A stretch of DNA of 64,000 bases from the human T2T-CHM13v2.0 reference genome, Homo sapiens: the NCBI RefSeq assembly GCF_009914755.1, contig NC_060926.1; one strand, 5' to 3'. Positions 1-15,175 of this stretch are shown piece by piece. Every line of letters starts with the position of its first letter. The stretch's first letter is position 1. Both the position numbers and the translations under genes were made by a program. The notes beneath the pieces were generated by a model. It ran no database searches. It had not been told where the DNA came from and was given only the letters and a program-made list of their open reading frames with translations.

Positions 1-390
1 GTTACTGATTTTTGTTGTTGATGTTGTATCCTGCAACTTTATTGGATTCAGTTATCAATTATAAGGTTTTTTTGGTGGAATATTTAACTTTTTCTATATA
101 TAAGATTACATGATCTTAAATAAAGAAAAGACTATAGATGTAGTCTGCAAAGAGGCATAATTTGACTTTCTCTTTTCCAATTTGGATGTTTTTTATTTCT
201 TTTTCTTGCCTAACTTTTTCTGGCTAAAACTGCCTGTACTGTGTTGAATAAAAGTAGTGAAAGTGGGCATGTCTATCTTGTTCCAATTCTTAAAGGAAAG
301 GGCTCCCCCTCCCTGCAATTCAATATAATACTATCTCTGGGTTTGTTATGCATGGCCTTTTTTGTTGCTGTATATTCATTTGATGCATAA
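1..390 (-). mobile_element. Old L1 (L1M-type) ORF2 fragment, antisense
   Basis: Antisense L1 ORF2 motifs such as gtatcctgcaacttt and aaagtgggcatgtctatcttgttcc; degenerate and runs off the window start. Confidence 0.85.
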
Positions 391-762
391 TGATATGGTT
401 TGGCTGCTTTCCCACCCAAATTTCATTGAGAATTGTAGTTTCCATAATTTCCACGTGTTGTGGGAGGGAACTGGTGGGAGATAATTCAATCATGGGGGTG
501 GTTTTCCCCATACTGTTCTCATAGTAGTAAATAAGTCCCACAAGATCTGATGGTTTTATAAGGGGAGACCCATTTCACTTGGTTCTCATTTTCTTTTTGC
601 CTGCCTCCATGTAAGATGTTCCTTTGCTCTTCCTTCATCTTCTGCCATGATTGTGAATACTCTCCAACCATGTGGAACTGGTAGTCAATTAAAACTCTTT
701 TCTTTATAAATTACCCAGTCTTGGGTACATCTTTGTTAGTAACATAAGAACAGACTAATACA
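391..762 (+). mobile_element. THE1-family MaLR LTR (5' LTR)
   Basis: Starts tgatatggtttggctg, contains tataaattacccagtct, ends cagactaataca. Confidence 0.93.
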
Positions 763-1999
763 GTAAATTGGTACCTGTAGAGTGTGGCACTGCTGTAAAG
801 ATATCCAAAATTGGAAGTGACTTTGAAACTGGGTATCAGGCAGAGGTTGAAACAGTTTGGAAAGCTCAGAAGAAGACTGAAAAATGTGAGAAAGGTTGGA
901 ACTTCCTAGAGACTTGTTGAATGGCTTTGACCAAAATGCTGATAAAGATATGGACAATAAAATCCCGGCTGAGGTGGTCTCAGATGGAGATGAAGAACTT
1001 GTTTGGAACTGGTGTAAGGTGACTCTTGCTATGTTTTAGCAAAAAGATTGGTGGCATTTTGCCTCTGCCTTAGAGATTTGTGGAAATTTGAAATTGAGGG
1101 AGATGATTTAGGATATCTGGCAGAAGAAATTTCTAAGCAGCACAGCATTCAAGAGGTGACTTAGGTGCTGTTAAAAACATTCAGTTTTAAAAGAGAAGAA
1201 GAGCATAAAAGTTCAGAAAATTTCCAGCCTGATGATGTGATAGAAAAGAAAAACCCATTTTCCGAGAAGAAATTCAAGCTGGCTGCAGAAATTTGCATAA
1301 GTAATGAGGATCCACATGTTAATTGCCAAGACAATGGGGAAAATGACTTCAGGGCATGTCAGAGAACTTTGCAGCAGCTCCTCCCACCACAAGACTGGAG
1401 GCCTAGGAGGAAAAAATGGTTTCATGGGCCAGGCCCAGGGCCCCCCTGGTATGTGCAGCCTAGGAACTTGGTGTCCTGCATCCCAGCTGCTCTAGCCATG
1501 GCTAAAAAGGGCCAAGGTGTACCTCAGGCTGTGGCTTCAGAGGGTGCAAGCCCCAAGCCTTGGCAGCTTCCATGTGGTTTTGAGCCTGCAGGTGCACAGA
1601 AGTCAAGAATTTAAGTTTGAGAAGCTTCTCCTAGATTTCAGAGAATGTATGGAAGTGCCTGCATGTCCAGACAGCAGTTTGCTGCAGGGGCGAGGCTCTT
1701 ATCCTCTGCTAGGGCAGTGTGGAAGGGAAATGTGGGGTTGAAGCCCCCACATATAGTCCCCACTGGGGCACTGCCTAGTGGAGCTGTGAGAAGATGGCCA
1801 CTATCCTCCAGACCCCAGCATGGCAGATCCACCAACAGCTTGCACTGTGTGCCTGGAAAAGCCACAGACACTCAACACCAGTCAGTGAAAGCAGTTGGGA
1901 GGGAGGCTGTACCTTACAAAGCGACAGAGGTGGAGCTCCCCAAGACCATGGGAACCCACCTCTTGCATCAGCAAACCTTGGATATGAGACATGGAGTCA
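763..1999 (+). mobile_element. THE1/MST internal sequence, 3'-truncated (no 3' LTR)
   Basis: gtaaattggtacc follows the LTR directly; typical internal motifs (gaggtggtctcagatggagatga, cccactggggcactgcctagtggagctgtgaga); stops abruptly at gacatggagtca. Confidence 0.92.
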
Positions 2000-3830
2000 T
2001 TTCCTCCAGAAATAAAGAAGAAATAGTCTTTCCCAGACAAGCAAAAATTCATCACCAGTAGACAGACCTTATAAAAAATGCTAAAGAGAGTGTTTCACCT
2101 GTAAGTGAAAGGATGACAAATACTACCATGAAAACATATGAAAGTATAATTCTCACTGGTAGAGGTAAATTACTATCAAATTTCAAATACTCCATTACTG
2201 CAATGGTGGCATATAACCTTTCAAATCTCTAGTATGAAGACTGTAAGTCAAAATGGTCAAAGATAACTATAACAAGTTTCTAAGGGACACACAATATAAA
2301 AAGATGTACATTAAGGTAATAAAATTATAAACTGAGGGGGAGGGCAAAAATTTTTGATCACATATATGTGATCAAAGTTAGATTGTTATTAGCTTAAAAC
2401 AGCTTAAGTTTTCTTTTTAATGTAAGCTCCATAATAATCACATGGAAAAAAATTGTAGCAGATACACACATGAGAAAGAGAAAGGAATAAAAACTTATCA
2501 CTGCAGAAAACTGACAATACACAAAGGTAAACAATAAGAGAGGAAGAAAGGTAAAGGGTTTTATATATATATATAAAATATATATAAAATATATATTAAT
2601 ATATTATAAAATAATATATAAAAATAAAATAATATATAATTATATATCATTTTTATATAATAAAATTATATATTATTTTTATATAATAAAATTATGTAAT
2701 AATAATTTATTTATTTATAATTTATTTATATATTTATTATTTAATAATAAATATAATTATTTATTTTAATAATAATTTTATAAAAAATATAATTTATTTA
2801 TATATAAATAAATATATAAATAAATTAATATAATTAATTTATTAATATAATATAATTAATTTTTAATTATAATTAAATATTTAATTAATTAAATAATTAA
2901 ATTAATTTAATTGTTTTAAATAAATTTAAAAGAATGCATTATTTTAATATTATATATTATATATTAATATATATTTATTAATAATTAATAATTAAATTAA
3001 TCTAATTATTTAAATTATTGATTAATTTAATTTATTAAATTAATTAATATAATTAATTTATTAATAAATTATTATATAAAATAGTAATAAATATATTTAT
3101 ATATACTTATATATAAATATATAAATTTATAATTTATATATTTGTAATAAATAAATATAATTTATTTTACAATAATTTTATAATAATAAATATAATTTAT
3201 ACATTTATTAATTATAATAAATATAATTTATACATTTATTAATTATAATAAATATTTATTTATTATATAATAAATTTTATAATAAAATAATATTATATAA
3301 TAATAATATATATAAAAATAAAATAATATATATAAAAATAAAATTATATATTATATATATATAAATAAAACCCAGAAAACAACGAAATGGGAGGAGTAAG
3401 TCCTTACCTACCAAAAATAACCTTAAATATAACTTGCTTACATTTTCCAATTAAAAGATAGAGAGGGGCTGAAAAGATTATAAAAAAAAAGACCTAAGTA
3501 TATGCTTCCTACAAGAAACTCAATTCACCTGTAAAGACACACATAGACTGAAAATGAAGGAAGGGAAAATGATATTCCATGCAAATGGAAACCAAAAGAG
3601 AACAAGAGTAGTTATACTTATGTCAGATAAAATAGAGTTTAAGTCAAAAATGTAAGAAGAGACAAAGAAAATCACTATATGATGATTAGAGGTAAATTCA
3701 GAAAGAAGATTAGCAATTGTAAACATATATGCATCCAACACCAAACAACAAGGTACTAATATATAAAGTAAATATAATTAGAACTAATGAGAGTGATAGA
3801 CTGCAATAAAATAATAGGAGGGATTATCAG
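2000..3830 (+). mobile_element. Old L1 fragment (end of ORF1, inter-ORF region, start of ORF2 endonuclease) interrupted by an AT tract
   Basis: tttcccagacaagcaaaa...aaatgctaaagagagtg (ORF1 end); ggagtaagtccttacct, ctacaagaaactca and ccatgcaaatggaaacc (endonuclease region). Confidence 0.85.
2559..3370. repeat. ~800-bp AT-rich low-complexity tract
   Basis: Almost exclusively A/T with TA dinucleotide runs and internal ~30-bp tandem units. Confidence 0.97.
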
Positions 3831-5069
3831 TTGAGGACAGATCATCAAGGGTGCTTTCAAGGTTATTTGATGGAGTACGACCCAAGGTCACTCCAGCTTC
3901 TGAATGAAGGAATATGATGTGCTTATACTTAGAATTATTCTTCCCTATGATGACTGCAGATGACTAAGTGCTGACTTTCTTAATCTTCAGGATGAGTTCT
4001 TTTTCACATTCTTAGGATGAGTTCATATATATATATATGTATGTATAAACAAACTTCAATAAGGATGAGTTCCCCATGTGTCTCCCAGGAATTCTCGGAC
4101 ACATCAGAATCCCAACAAGGATTACAACTTAGACCCAAACTGGCTTGCACAATACAGAGGTCCTCCATGTCCCATGGATAAGGCTAATTAGAGAAAGTGA
4201 AGACCTAGACTGGTTGGGAATACAAGAAGAGACAAGGCTAGATAACAGCGACAGAATAAGTAGGATATTGAGAGGTTAGTTGAAAGCATATGTTAATGGT
4301 CAGAAGCATAAAAATGCTGAATGGCCAGAGTTTAGTATCTGGAAAGGGATCAAGCATTGAGATGAAAGCCCCAATGTTCTTGCTGGAATGTTAGAGTGGT
4401 AGATGGTTCACATGGTGGATGCTGGCAGATAGTACAGACCACTGAATTTTACTTTCCTGGAGTAAAATTCTTATGGCTTGGCTGAGTTACATCACCTCCA
4501 TTTCCAATTCAGTAAGTGGTAGCTTTTATTACTGAAAGTGCTCTATCTTGCAATGTTTAAGAGGTAAAACAGTATACATAATGCAAATAGATGGGTATAA
4601 TTAATCTCATATGGTGTATGAAGAGAAAAAGATGCCAACACAAATCACTGCCCAGAAGTCTTGATGTTTCACTGCCCTTGGAATCAGTGACACAGATTTA
4701 GTTATAGGTGAAGCTGCATTATAATGAGATCCTTCTGGTGGATTTGTAACTAAGTCCTCTTGGATGAGGTCCATTCAGACCACATGATACTGAATTCTGC
4801 CATTTCACATGATAAGTAATCATCTGTGAATATAGTATATTTTAATGGTGTCTGTCAGTTTTTAAAAAGTCAATTTAAATGGATAAATATATAGTTATGC
4901 ATTTGACTCTATTTTTCCAGTATATGCCAAAAATTTGACATATTAAAACTTTAAACAACATTGGTGTTCTTCCAATTTTTAGAGTAAAGTTTATGTAGTT
5001 GAGACAAGCTATTGACTATAGGTTAGTGCTAAAATGTGTTTAGTTATTCAGGTTGTAGTAATAATAAAA

Positions 5070-5325
5070 AGCATAATAATAGCTTACATTGTCGAGTGCT
5101 TACAATATGCAAGAAATGTAAGACAGCTTTCTAAATGCTCTATGTGCAGTACCTTTACTCCATCCTTTTAAAAACATGAGGTAGGTACTGTTTCTTCTTT
5201 CATTTTAAGAAAAGAAACTACATCTTCATTCTCCCAAGAATGTACAATTATAGAGTGTTGGAATAGGAATTGGAGTCCAAACCTATTAAATTCTAAATCC
5301 ATGTTCTTGACCGCTACTCAATACT
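5070..5325 (-). mobile_element. MIR
   Basis: aataatagcttacatt...gagtgcttac and catgaggtaggtact match the antisense MIR core. Confidence 0.7.
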
Positions 5326-5436
5326 GCTACTTTTTCTTAACAACAAAATCAGAATAAATATATCTAATATATTTATTAGCATTATGTCCTGACACTGAGA
5401 AAAGGAAACAGAGAAATTAAAAATCTGCTAGGTTTA

Positions 5437-7899
<2,463 letters not shown>

Positions 7900-8289
7900 A
7901 AATTAAAAATCTGCTAGGTTTAATCAAGAAGTATTTCTTGAATATCTAGAATGTGTTCAGCAAAGATGAAAAGCAGAAGGGATATGATCTCTGCTTTATA
8001 ATTTATAATCTGTAATTGGGAAAAAAAAGAACCCACAGAAAATAATAGCAAGCAGAAGAAGAATAAATAGAATTAATGGGGAAAGAAAAAGTAATAGAAT
8101 TAACGGGGAAAGAAAAAGTATGTGGACAGACCTTTAATACCTGAGATGATGGGATCATTGGGGAATGAAGTGACCAGCAGATTTAGAACAAATGAGACTT
8201 GATAAGTCAGAAGGAAAAGGTAACATCTTTGTTACATCCTCTTTGTCTTAAAAGAAAGGTATTATACATTTACACACATACGTGAACCA

Positions 8290-8470
8290 CACTTTTTTAA
8301 AACATGGAATAAACATATACACCTGAAGTATATAAAACATATATGTAGGTTCCAATGATTAATTATAAAGCAAATACAATATAACTCCCTCTCAGGTTAA
8401 GAAATTGAAAATAACTGATTTCCAAAATCTCCCCATGTGTCCTTCCCAATCCAAACTCCCTTGAAGCACA
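8290..8470 (-). mobile_element. Ancient L1ME-like 3' fragment
   Basis: Degenerate antisense 3'-end pattern (catatacac...gaagtatataaaacat...ataaagcaaatac). Confidence 0.5.
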
Positions 8471-9469
8471 TTTGATGAACTTGTATGACACAAAGAAAGA
8501 ACTGTAAATAGAGCCCAACAATTGTATTCCTGGCAGCTTGTTGTTCTGAGTTAAAAATGGCATAGACAGAGTGAAATTTTAGTCATGTCCTGAAAAGCAG
8601 AAACCCTCACCAATAATTAAGCCAGTCTCTGCTTAACCAAACCTGTGTGTGTCTCACAATGAGTAACTGATCAACAAGAAGTTTCTCAAGTAACTTTCCA
8701 GATGTTGCTGATTGAGACATCCTTCAGCTACCATGACAAATAGGGCAGAATTAAGTGAATGGCAGGCATGCGACACGAAGGTAGCCAGGCCTATCTTGAC
8801 GGGACTCTACCATTCAGCAGCAGGCCCTTGATGCTGAGTAATCTGGATAAACACAACTGAACAAAGGTTAAACCTACTCTTGTTTGAATTAACTCTAATC
8901 CTGCTCATCAGCCTTAAGGAATGGAGCAGTCATATTTTTTGGAACACACAGTAACAAGAAAAGCCTAATTAGAGAGCAAAGGGTAGATGTTTAGCAGCTC
9001 TAATAAATGTAATGTGCTGAATGCATTATCTATTTGGCAGAAAACAAATTATGGTGTAATCTGCAGCATTCAGGCAGTCTAATTTATGGCATCTCATTTA
9101 AGGAAATTCTTTAACCCAGCATTTTGAGATCATAAAGCACATTTTAACAAATGCAAGCATGATTTTCTGGAATTCAGAGAGACCTTTAAGAGATGGGAAT
9201 TTTCTGGAATATACCAGGACCATTTGAATGTGTTTTTTTTAAAATAAATTAGTTCATAAATACTATCCTAGCAGCTTGATATTACCAAATGATGGGAAAA
9301 ATTTTTTTAAATATTTTTTTCTGAAATAAATGGAAAATTTTTCACTGCACAATTGTTTTGTAGGACTCACTCAATATTTGATCTTTGTTGCTTGTAACCT
9401 TTCAATTGCCTTTGGTTGTGCTTAGAAACCCAGTTTCCAGCCTTCCTACTCCACACCTCCCCCAGCTCT

Positions 9470-9897
9470 CCTAGCCAACTAAGCTTCAGCCATGGTGGCC
9501 TACTTTCTGCTACTCTATAAGGCTACTTCTGGCCTCAGGATCTTAGCACTGGCTCCTTGCCTCTGCCTGAAAAGCTCTTCTGCAGATTCTTGTGTGGCTG
9601 GTATCTTCTTATGATTTTTTTACAGTGCCTCTTCTACAGAGATATCTTCTCAGATCACTTTCTATTCAAGGTTCTCCAAACACTCTCCTGTTACTCTGAT
9701 TTTCTTCACAGTACCTACAACTACCTGAAGTTAACTCAGTTGTTTATTTACTGCCTGTCTCACCTATTAGAATATACATTCCACTGAGCAGTGACTTCAT
9801 CCTGTTCAATCACCTTTGATCTTCACTGCCAAGAATAAAACTGAAGGTATGGTAGGTGCCCACCATATTAATGCCAATATGAATAAATGAGTGAATA
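9470..9897 (+). mobile_element. L2 3' end
   Basis: gcctcaggatcttagcactggctcc...ctctgcctg; ends ggtaggtgccc...gaataaatgagtgaat. Confidence 0.75.
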
Positions 9898-10964
9898 TAA
9901 TGGAGAGAAACTTAGGTAAATCTCAGTGCCAGAATTCCTACCAGTCTGGAAAATTTAATATCACAAGTTGTATTTTAAATGTTCTTCATTAACCTAGAAA
10001 AAAAATACCTAATAGCACCAATATCAGAAGTACTTTGTGTTTGTGTGTATAACTGTAACAACCTTCCTATGATTGGCTAAAAAATATATTGCGTATACAA
10101 AATGTCTTTTTCTTGCCAGTGGGAAAACTAATGTTCAGAATGGCTCATCTACTTATTCAAGTTAGAAAGTATCAGAGACAAAATCAAAGTTAATATTCAA
10201 TGATTTCATTTATAAACTGTGAATTGATCTTCCCACAATTTTCTTCTGGCTGGAAATATACAAAATAGGTGATAAATGAAGAACTAGTCATACAATATGT
10301 CAATGGCTTTGTAATAAGAATAATTGGTAAATTTGCCTTGAATTATTCATTTTTTTCTTACTTTTCTCTTTCTTATAGGCAAAGTGAACACTCTTTTTCC
10401 TTTTATTATAATATATGCAAATTTTAAAAATGAGTTCTATTTTAACATTTTTTTGTCAATCTACATTATCAAAATGACGTTCCATGCCTGAAAGGTAGTC
10501 ACCTGTCTACATTGAACTATAGTTACTGTGCAGTTCATTATTTACACAAATGCTATAAATCGAGGTATTGCACTAATAGTGGGCTTGATATGCAGATATC
10601 ACTTGTCTAAGTCATATGAAATATAGTATTTCTCATTATTATATTATGCCATCCTAGTGGTCTTGAGGAGAGTCAAATGAAGACCTATTTCTCAAACGAC
10701 TAAAACCAACTCAAGGTGCCTATTCCAAATGGTAGGTTGTTACTTTCCCTCAGATTTCTCACAATGTTACAGTTATGTAGGTGCTGAGAAGGAAGCACTC
10801 TACCAATAAACCCAAGAAGGCTCTGGAATATTTATCCCAAATTATGGCCAACCCAATAAACTAAAATAAGAATGGACATTTTCATTGCTTTCACAAGAGT
10901 CAAATAAAAATCATTGCTTAAAAGTTTTAATACCTTTGGAAGACCAATAATACACTCTGGATCC

Positions 10965-10970
<6 letters not shown>

Positions 10971-11000
<30 letters not shown>

Positions 11001-11313
11001 TTTGTTTTGTTTTGTTCGGTTTGGTTTGGTTTGAGACAGGGTCTTGCTCTATCACCCAAGCTGAAGTGCAGTGGCACGATCACGACTCACTGCAGACTTG
11101 ACTTCCCGGGCTCAATAAATACAGCCACCTCAGCATCCTGAGTAGCTGGGATTACAGGCATTTACCACCTCACCTGACTAATTTTCATAATTTTTTTAAG
11201 AGATGGTCTCACTCTGTTGCCCAGTCTGGTCTCAAACTCATGGGTTTCAGTGAATCTGCCTGCCTTGCCTCCCAAGGTGCTGGAATTACAGGCATGAGCC
11301 ACAGCTCCTGGCC
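10971..11313 (-). mobile_element. AluJ with a (CA)n/(AAAAC)n-converted tail
   Basis: Diverged dimer; perfect TSD tggatccattttt at 10958-10970 and 11314-11326. Confidence 0.93.
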
Positions 11314-11784
11314 TGGATCCATTTTTAAAGTCTGCCCTTTTTGCCTCCCTGGTTGAACTTAATGCTAGAAAATGCTTTTCCACCATGGATACTCCTTTGC
11401 CTATATGCTTCTAGTTCTAGTCAAAGTCCATATCCCATCTTGCCTTAAGGGGAACATGTTTTTGGAGGAAGTCAAGGTTTTAATCATTTTAACATAACTC
11501 ATTGTGTGATGCTACGGCTACAGGCAAGTGATTTGACTATTTTAGCTGCGTGGAGCTTCTAACAAGTTAGCACAAGCATTTATCAACTGAGCAATTTGTT
11601 ATCATTTTTAGGAATAATAATTTAAGCAAATCAATTATGCACTTGTAGATATAGCTATTGGCTTTGTCTACATCAGTGATTCTTAGATTCTATCGCCTAT
11701 CTCCTGAAACAGTGTATCAGACACTTAGGTTTCATGAAGCTACTCTTGGTTCAAAAATGTATTGTAAACAAAGTAGAAAGAATA

Positions 11785-12490
11785 ATCCAAGGCAAAACTA
11801 TAGAGACAGTAAAAACATCAGTGGTTGCCAGGTGCTAGTGTGGAGGGACGGATAAATAGACAAAGCAGAGAGCATTTGTAGGGCAATGAAACTATGCTAT
11901 TCGATACTATAATGATAGATACATGTCATTATGCATTTGCCCAAATTCATATAATTTAAAACACCAAGAGTGCACCTTAATGTAAACTATGCACTTTGGG
12001 TGGTAATAATGCATGAAGGTAGGTTCAGCAATTGTAACACAGGTACTACTGTTTTGTTTTTTTTTTTTTTTTGAGACGGAGTCTCGCTCTGTTGCCCAGC
12101 CTGGAGTGCAGTGGCGCATCTCTGCTCACTGCAAGCTCCGCCTCCTGGGTTCACACCATTCTCCTGCCTCAGCCTCCCAAGTAGCTGGGACTACAGGCGC
12201 CCGTCACCAAGCCCAGCTAATTTTTTGTAATTTTTTTTGTTTTTTTAGTTAAGACGGGGTTTCACCATGTTAGCCAGGATGGTCTCGATCTCCTGACCTC
12301 GTGATCCGCCCACCTCGGCCTCCCAAAGTGCTGAGATTACAGGCGTGAGCCACCGCACCTGGCCACAAATGTACTACTCTTATATGTGATGTTGATAATG
12401 CATGTATGGGGCACAGAGTATATAGGAAAGCTCTGTACCTTCTGCTCAATATTGCTGTGAACCTAAAACTGCTCTAAAAATAAATTCTAT
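11785..12490 (+). mobile_element. L1MC-like 3' UTR interrupted by AluY
   Basis: ggcaaaactatagagacag, taatgtaaactatg, ctgtgaacctaaaactgctctaaaaataaa. Confidence 0.8.
12051..12364 (-). mobile_element. AluY
   Basis: CpG-rich dimer with AluY-type motifs (gcaagctccgcc, ccaggatggtctcgatctcc); imperfect TSD acacaggtactact / acaaatgtactact. Confidence 0.96.
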
Positions 12491-12984
12491 GAAAAAGGAT
12501 AATCTTGTCACTAAAGGAAAATTATTGTTAACATTTATGTGTATCTCCATGAATCCAAGCATTCATACAAAATAAAGTTATATTACAAAGTAAAGTTGTA
12601 GTATACAACATCAAATATTCTTCCCTAACTTTATTATCCATAAATGCATGGCATTCTTGTCAGTATATACCAAAACTTATTTAAGCATTCTGTTGTTTTT
12701 GGAAATATAGATTATACCCAAGTTTTCTGTTTATTCATTTGTATTTTGCTTCTGTAAACAAAGCTACAAAAATATTCTGACAGCTATATCTTTCAGTATG
12801 TTCACAATTAGTTTACTTGCATTGTTTGGAAATAAGATTTGGCATATATAATCAAATAATTCATTTAATCTAAAGGTAAAGTTAGAGGTGTTATCATATT
12901 GTGACTATGATCTCTTCAGAGCACAGAACTTTGGCTAATAGTAACAGTAAGAGTAGCAGCAATTATTATTGTTGTTGTTTTTAT

Positions 12985-13110
12985 TTTTATTTATTGGGTA
13001 TTTAGGTATCAAGCACTATGCAAAGCACTTTACAAACAAAGCCTCGTTTAATATTTATAAAGCTTTCTTGAAGAAGGTATTATTATCCCATCAATTATTT
13101 ATGAAAAAAA
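12985..13110 (-). mobile_element. MIR fragment
   Basis: aagcactatgcaaagcactttac...aggtattattatccc. Confidence 0.6.
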
Positions 13111-13234
13111 TAGCAAAAATTGAATGCATCACAGTCTTTAGGTAAACTGTTTTAGTATCAAAATATTGTTATATCTATTCAGTTGTTGGTATTGCCTACA
13201 TTGTACATAGCTATTTATGTAAACTTTTATTTTA

Positions 13235-13579
13235 TTCTTTTTTTAGGTTTTTTAAATTTTTTTATTTTTTATTTTATTATTATTATACTTTAAGTTTTAG
13301 GGTACATGTGCACAATGTGCAGGTTAGTTACATATGTATACATGTGCCATGCAGGTGTGCTGCACCCATTAACTCGTCATTTGGCATTAGGTATATCTCC
13401 TAATGCTATCCCTCCCCCCTCCCCCAACCCCACAACAGTCCCCAGAGTGTGATGTTCCCCTTCCTGTGTCCATGTGGTTCTCATTGTTCAATTCCCACCT
13501 ATGAGTGAGAACATGCGGTGTTTGGTTTTTTGTCCCTGTGATAGTTTACTGAGAATGATGATTTCCAATTTCATCCATG
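13235..13579 (-). mobile_element. Young L1PA (L1PA2/3-like) 3' end, severely 5'-truncated
   Basis: Near-consensus tatactttaagttttagggtacatgtgcacaatgtgcagg...; poly-T tail at left. Confidence 0.95.
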
Positions 13580-13609
13580 AGTTTTAATCATGAAAAATTT
13601 CAAACATAT

Positions 13610-14044
13610 ATTGGCCTAAATTTCTCACCTGCATCCATACCTTTGGCCACAGAACTTTGTTGCACTCTAACCTTCTGCCATGTGACTTGTTGAGGTCAAT
13701 AGAATGAAGCTACTTTGAAGCCAAGGCCTGCAGAGGCTTTCTGTATTTCACTTGTCTTCTTGCACCTGTCACAGAAGTAAACATGTGCCTGTCTGGGCCG
13801 TTGAAGAATGAGAGGTTTGTGAAGCAAAGCTGAGATGCTTCAGTCTTCCAACCATGGACATCGTCAGTCAGCTGACAGCCAGCTAACCCCAGACATGAGA
13901 ATGAGCCCAGCCAAGATCAGTAGCACCACCGAAGCCACTAACAGTCAACCACAGAGGTGTGAGTAATAAATATTCATTGTGGCATGCCACTGAAGCTTTG
14001 TGAGTGTTTGTTATGAAGCACTACCCTAATAGCTAGTTGATACA
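13610..14044 (+). mobile_element. MLT1 (MLT1G/H-like) LTR
   Basis: gccatgtgacttg, gagcccagccaagatcag, aataaa...gccactgaag, ends agttgataca. Confidence 0.75.
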
Positions 14045-14790
14045 CATAAAAGAATAGAGATAATATTGTACCACACCCTCATGCATCTATTATCCACTTT
14101 CAACATCATTCAACACATGGCTCATCTTGTTTCCTATATACTCACTACTTCCATCCGTATTATGTTGAATCAAATCCCACACTCTGGATTTTGTTTTTCA
14201 CAGACTTGTGGTGTCATTTGCCATGTTCTTCTGCCCTTTAATTTCCCATAAACTTGTGGTTTGATCTAAAGACTCAGATAAGCTCAGGTTTCATTTTTAG
14301 GCAGCGATACTTCAGAGCTAGTTATAAATTCATTTTGTATCACCTGGGGAGCTTGCCATGTCTAGTTAGTATCTTTCTCTCTTTGTGATGTTAATATTAA
14401 ACAGGCATTCAGGCATTGCAAATTTGATTCATCTATTAGAGGCTTCTCACAGTGTTTCATCTAACCGTTTTTGCAGATTATAAGGGTTTTCACCTAGATC
14501 GGTTATTTTATTCTGGGCTGCCAAATAGTGATATTTTAATTCTATAATTCCTTATGCATTTATTCCTTGGAATTTATCTGTAAAGAGGGACTTTCTCTTC
14601 ATGATTATTTGGCTATCTTAATGTACAGATGGCTCAGAAGTAATTCTCCCCCTTTATTGATTAGTTTTCAGAAGAGTAAATTGGCTTCTAAAAATCCTCC
14701 AAATATGACTAATGAGTTTGAGTATTTTTGAGAGTCATTAATGAACTCAATGATGTCAGCTTAGTTTGTGTATTTAAGCCCATTGTAGTA
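14045..14790 (-). mobile_element. Ancient L1MC-like 3' region, continuing from 13580-13609
   Basis: atgaaaaatttcaaacatata|cataaaagaatagaga...catcttgtttc pattern split by the MLT1. Confidence 0.55.
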
Positions 14791-15142
14791 ATTACACAAG
14801 CATTTTTCAAAAGAAAAAGTTATAAAAATCATGTTTTGCTTCTTTTATATCACTACTATATATAGTACATTTTTATTTCAACTGAGCCTATCTTTAATAT
14901 TGTAATCAGGTGTACTTATTCTATTCTCCTGACTGTTTTTAGCTATAAAATATATTTATTCCGTTTATAATGAAAATTATTTTGCTATCAGTCAGTCTTC
15001 TGGATATTCATTGTGAGTAAAAATGTCTTCTCTTGGGGATATTTTTAAAAAATGGTCTATTCATGGAATTTGTTAAGTTAATTGACTTAATATATTTATT
15101 AAGCTCTATGTAATTCAGACATCAATGCCATGGCATTATCTG

Positions 15143-15175
15143 ACACCCACACACACACAGACACACACACACACA
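15143..15175. repeat. Imperfect (CA)n microsatellite
   Basis: Direct reading. Confidence 0.9.

Noticed and set aside
1165-2061. 149-aa and 138-aa ORFs
   Set aside because: They lie within THE1 internal sequence and are fragmented relics of the MaLR ORF, not a host gene.
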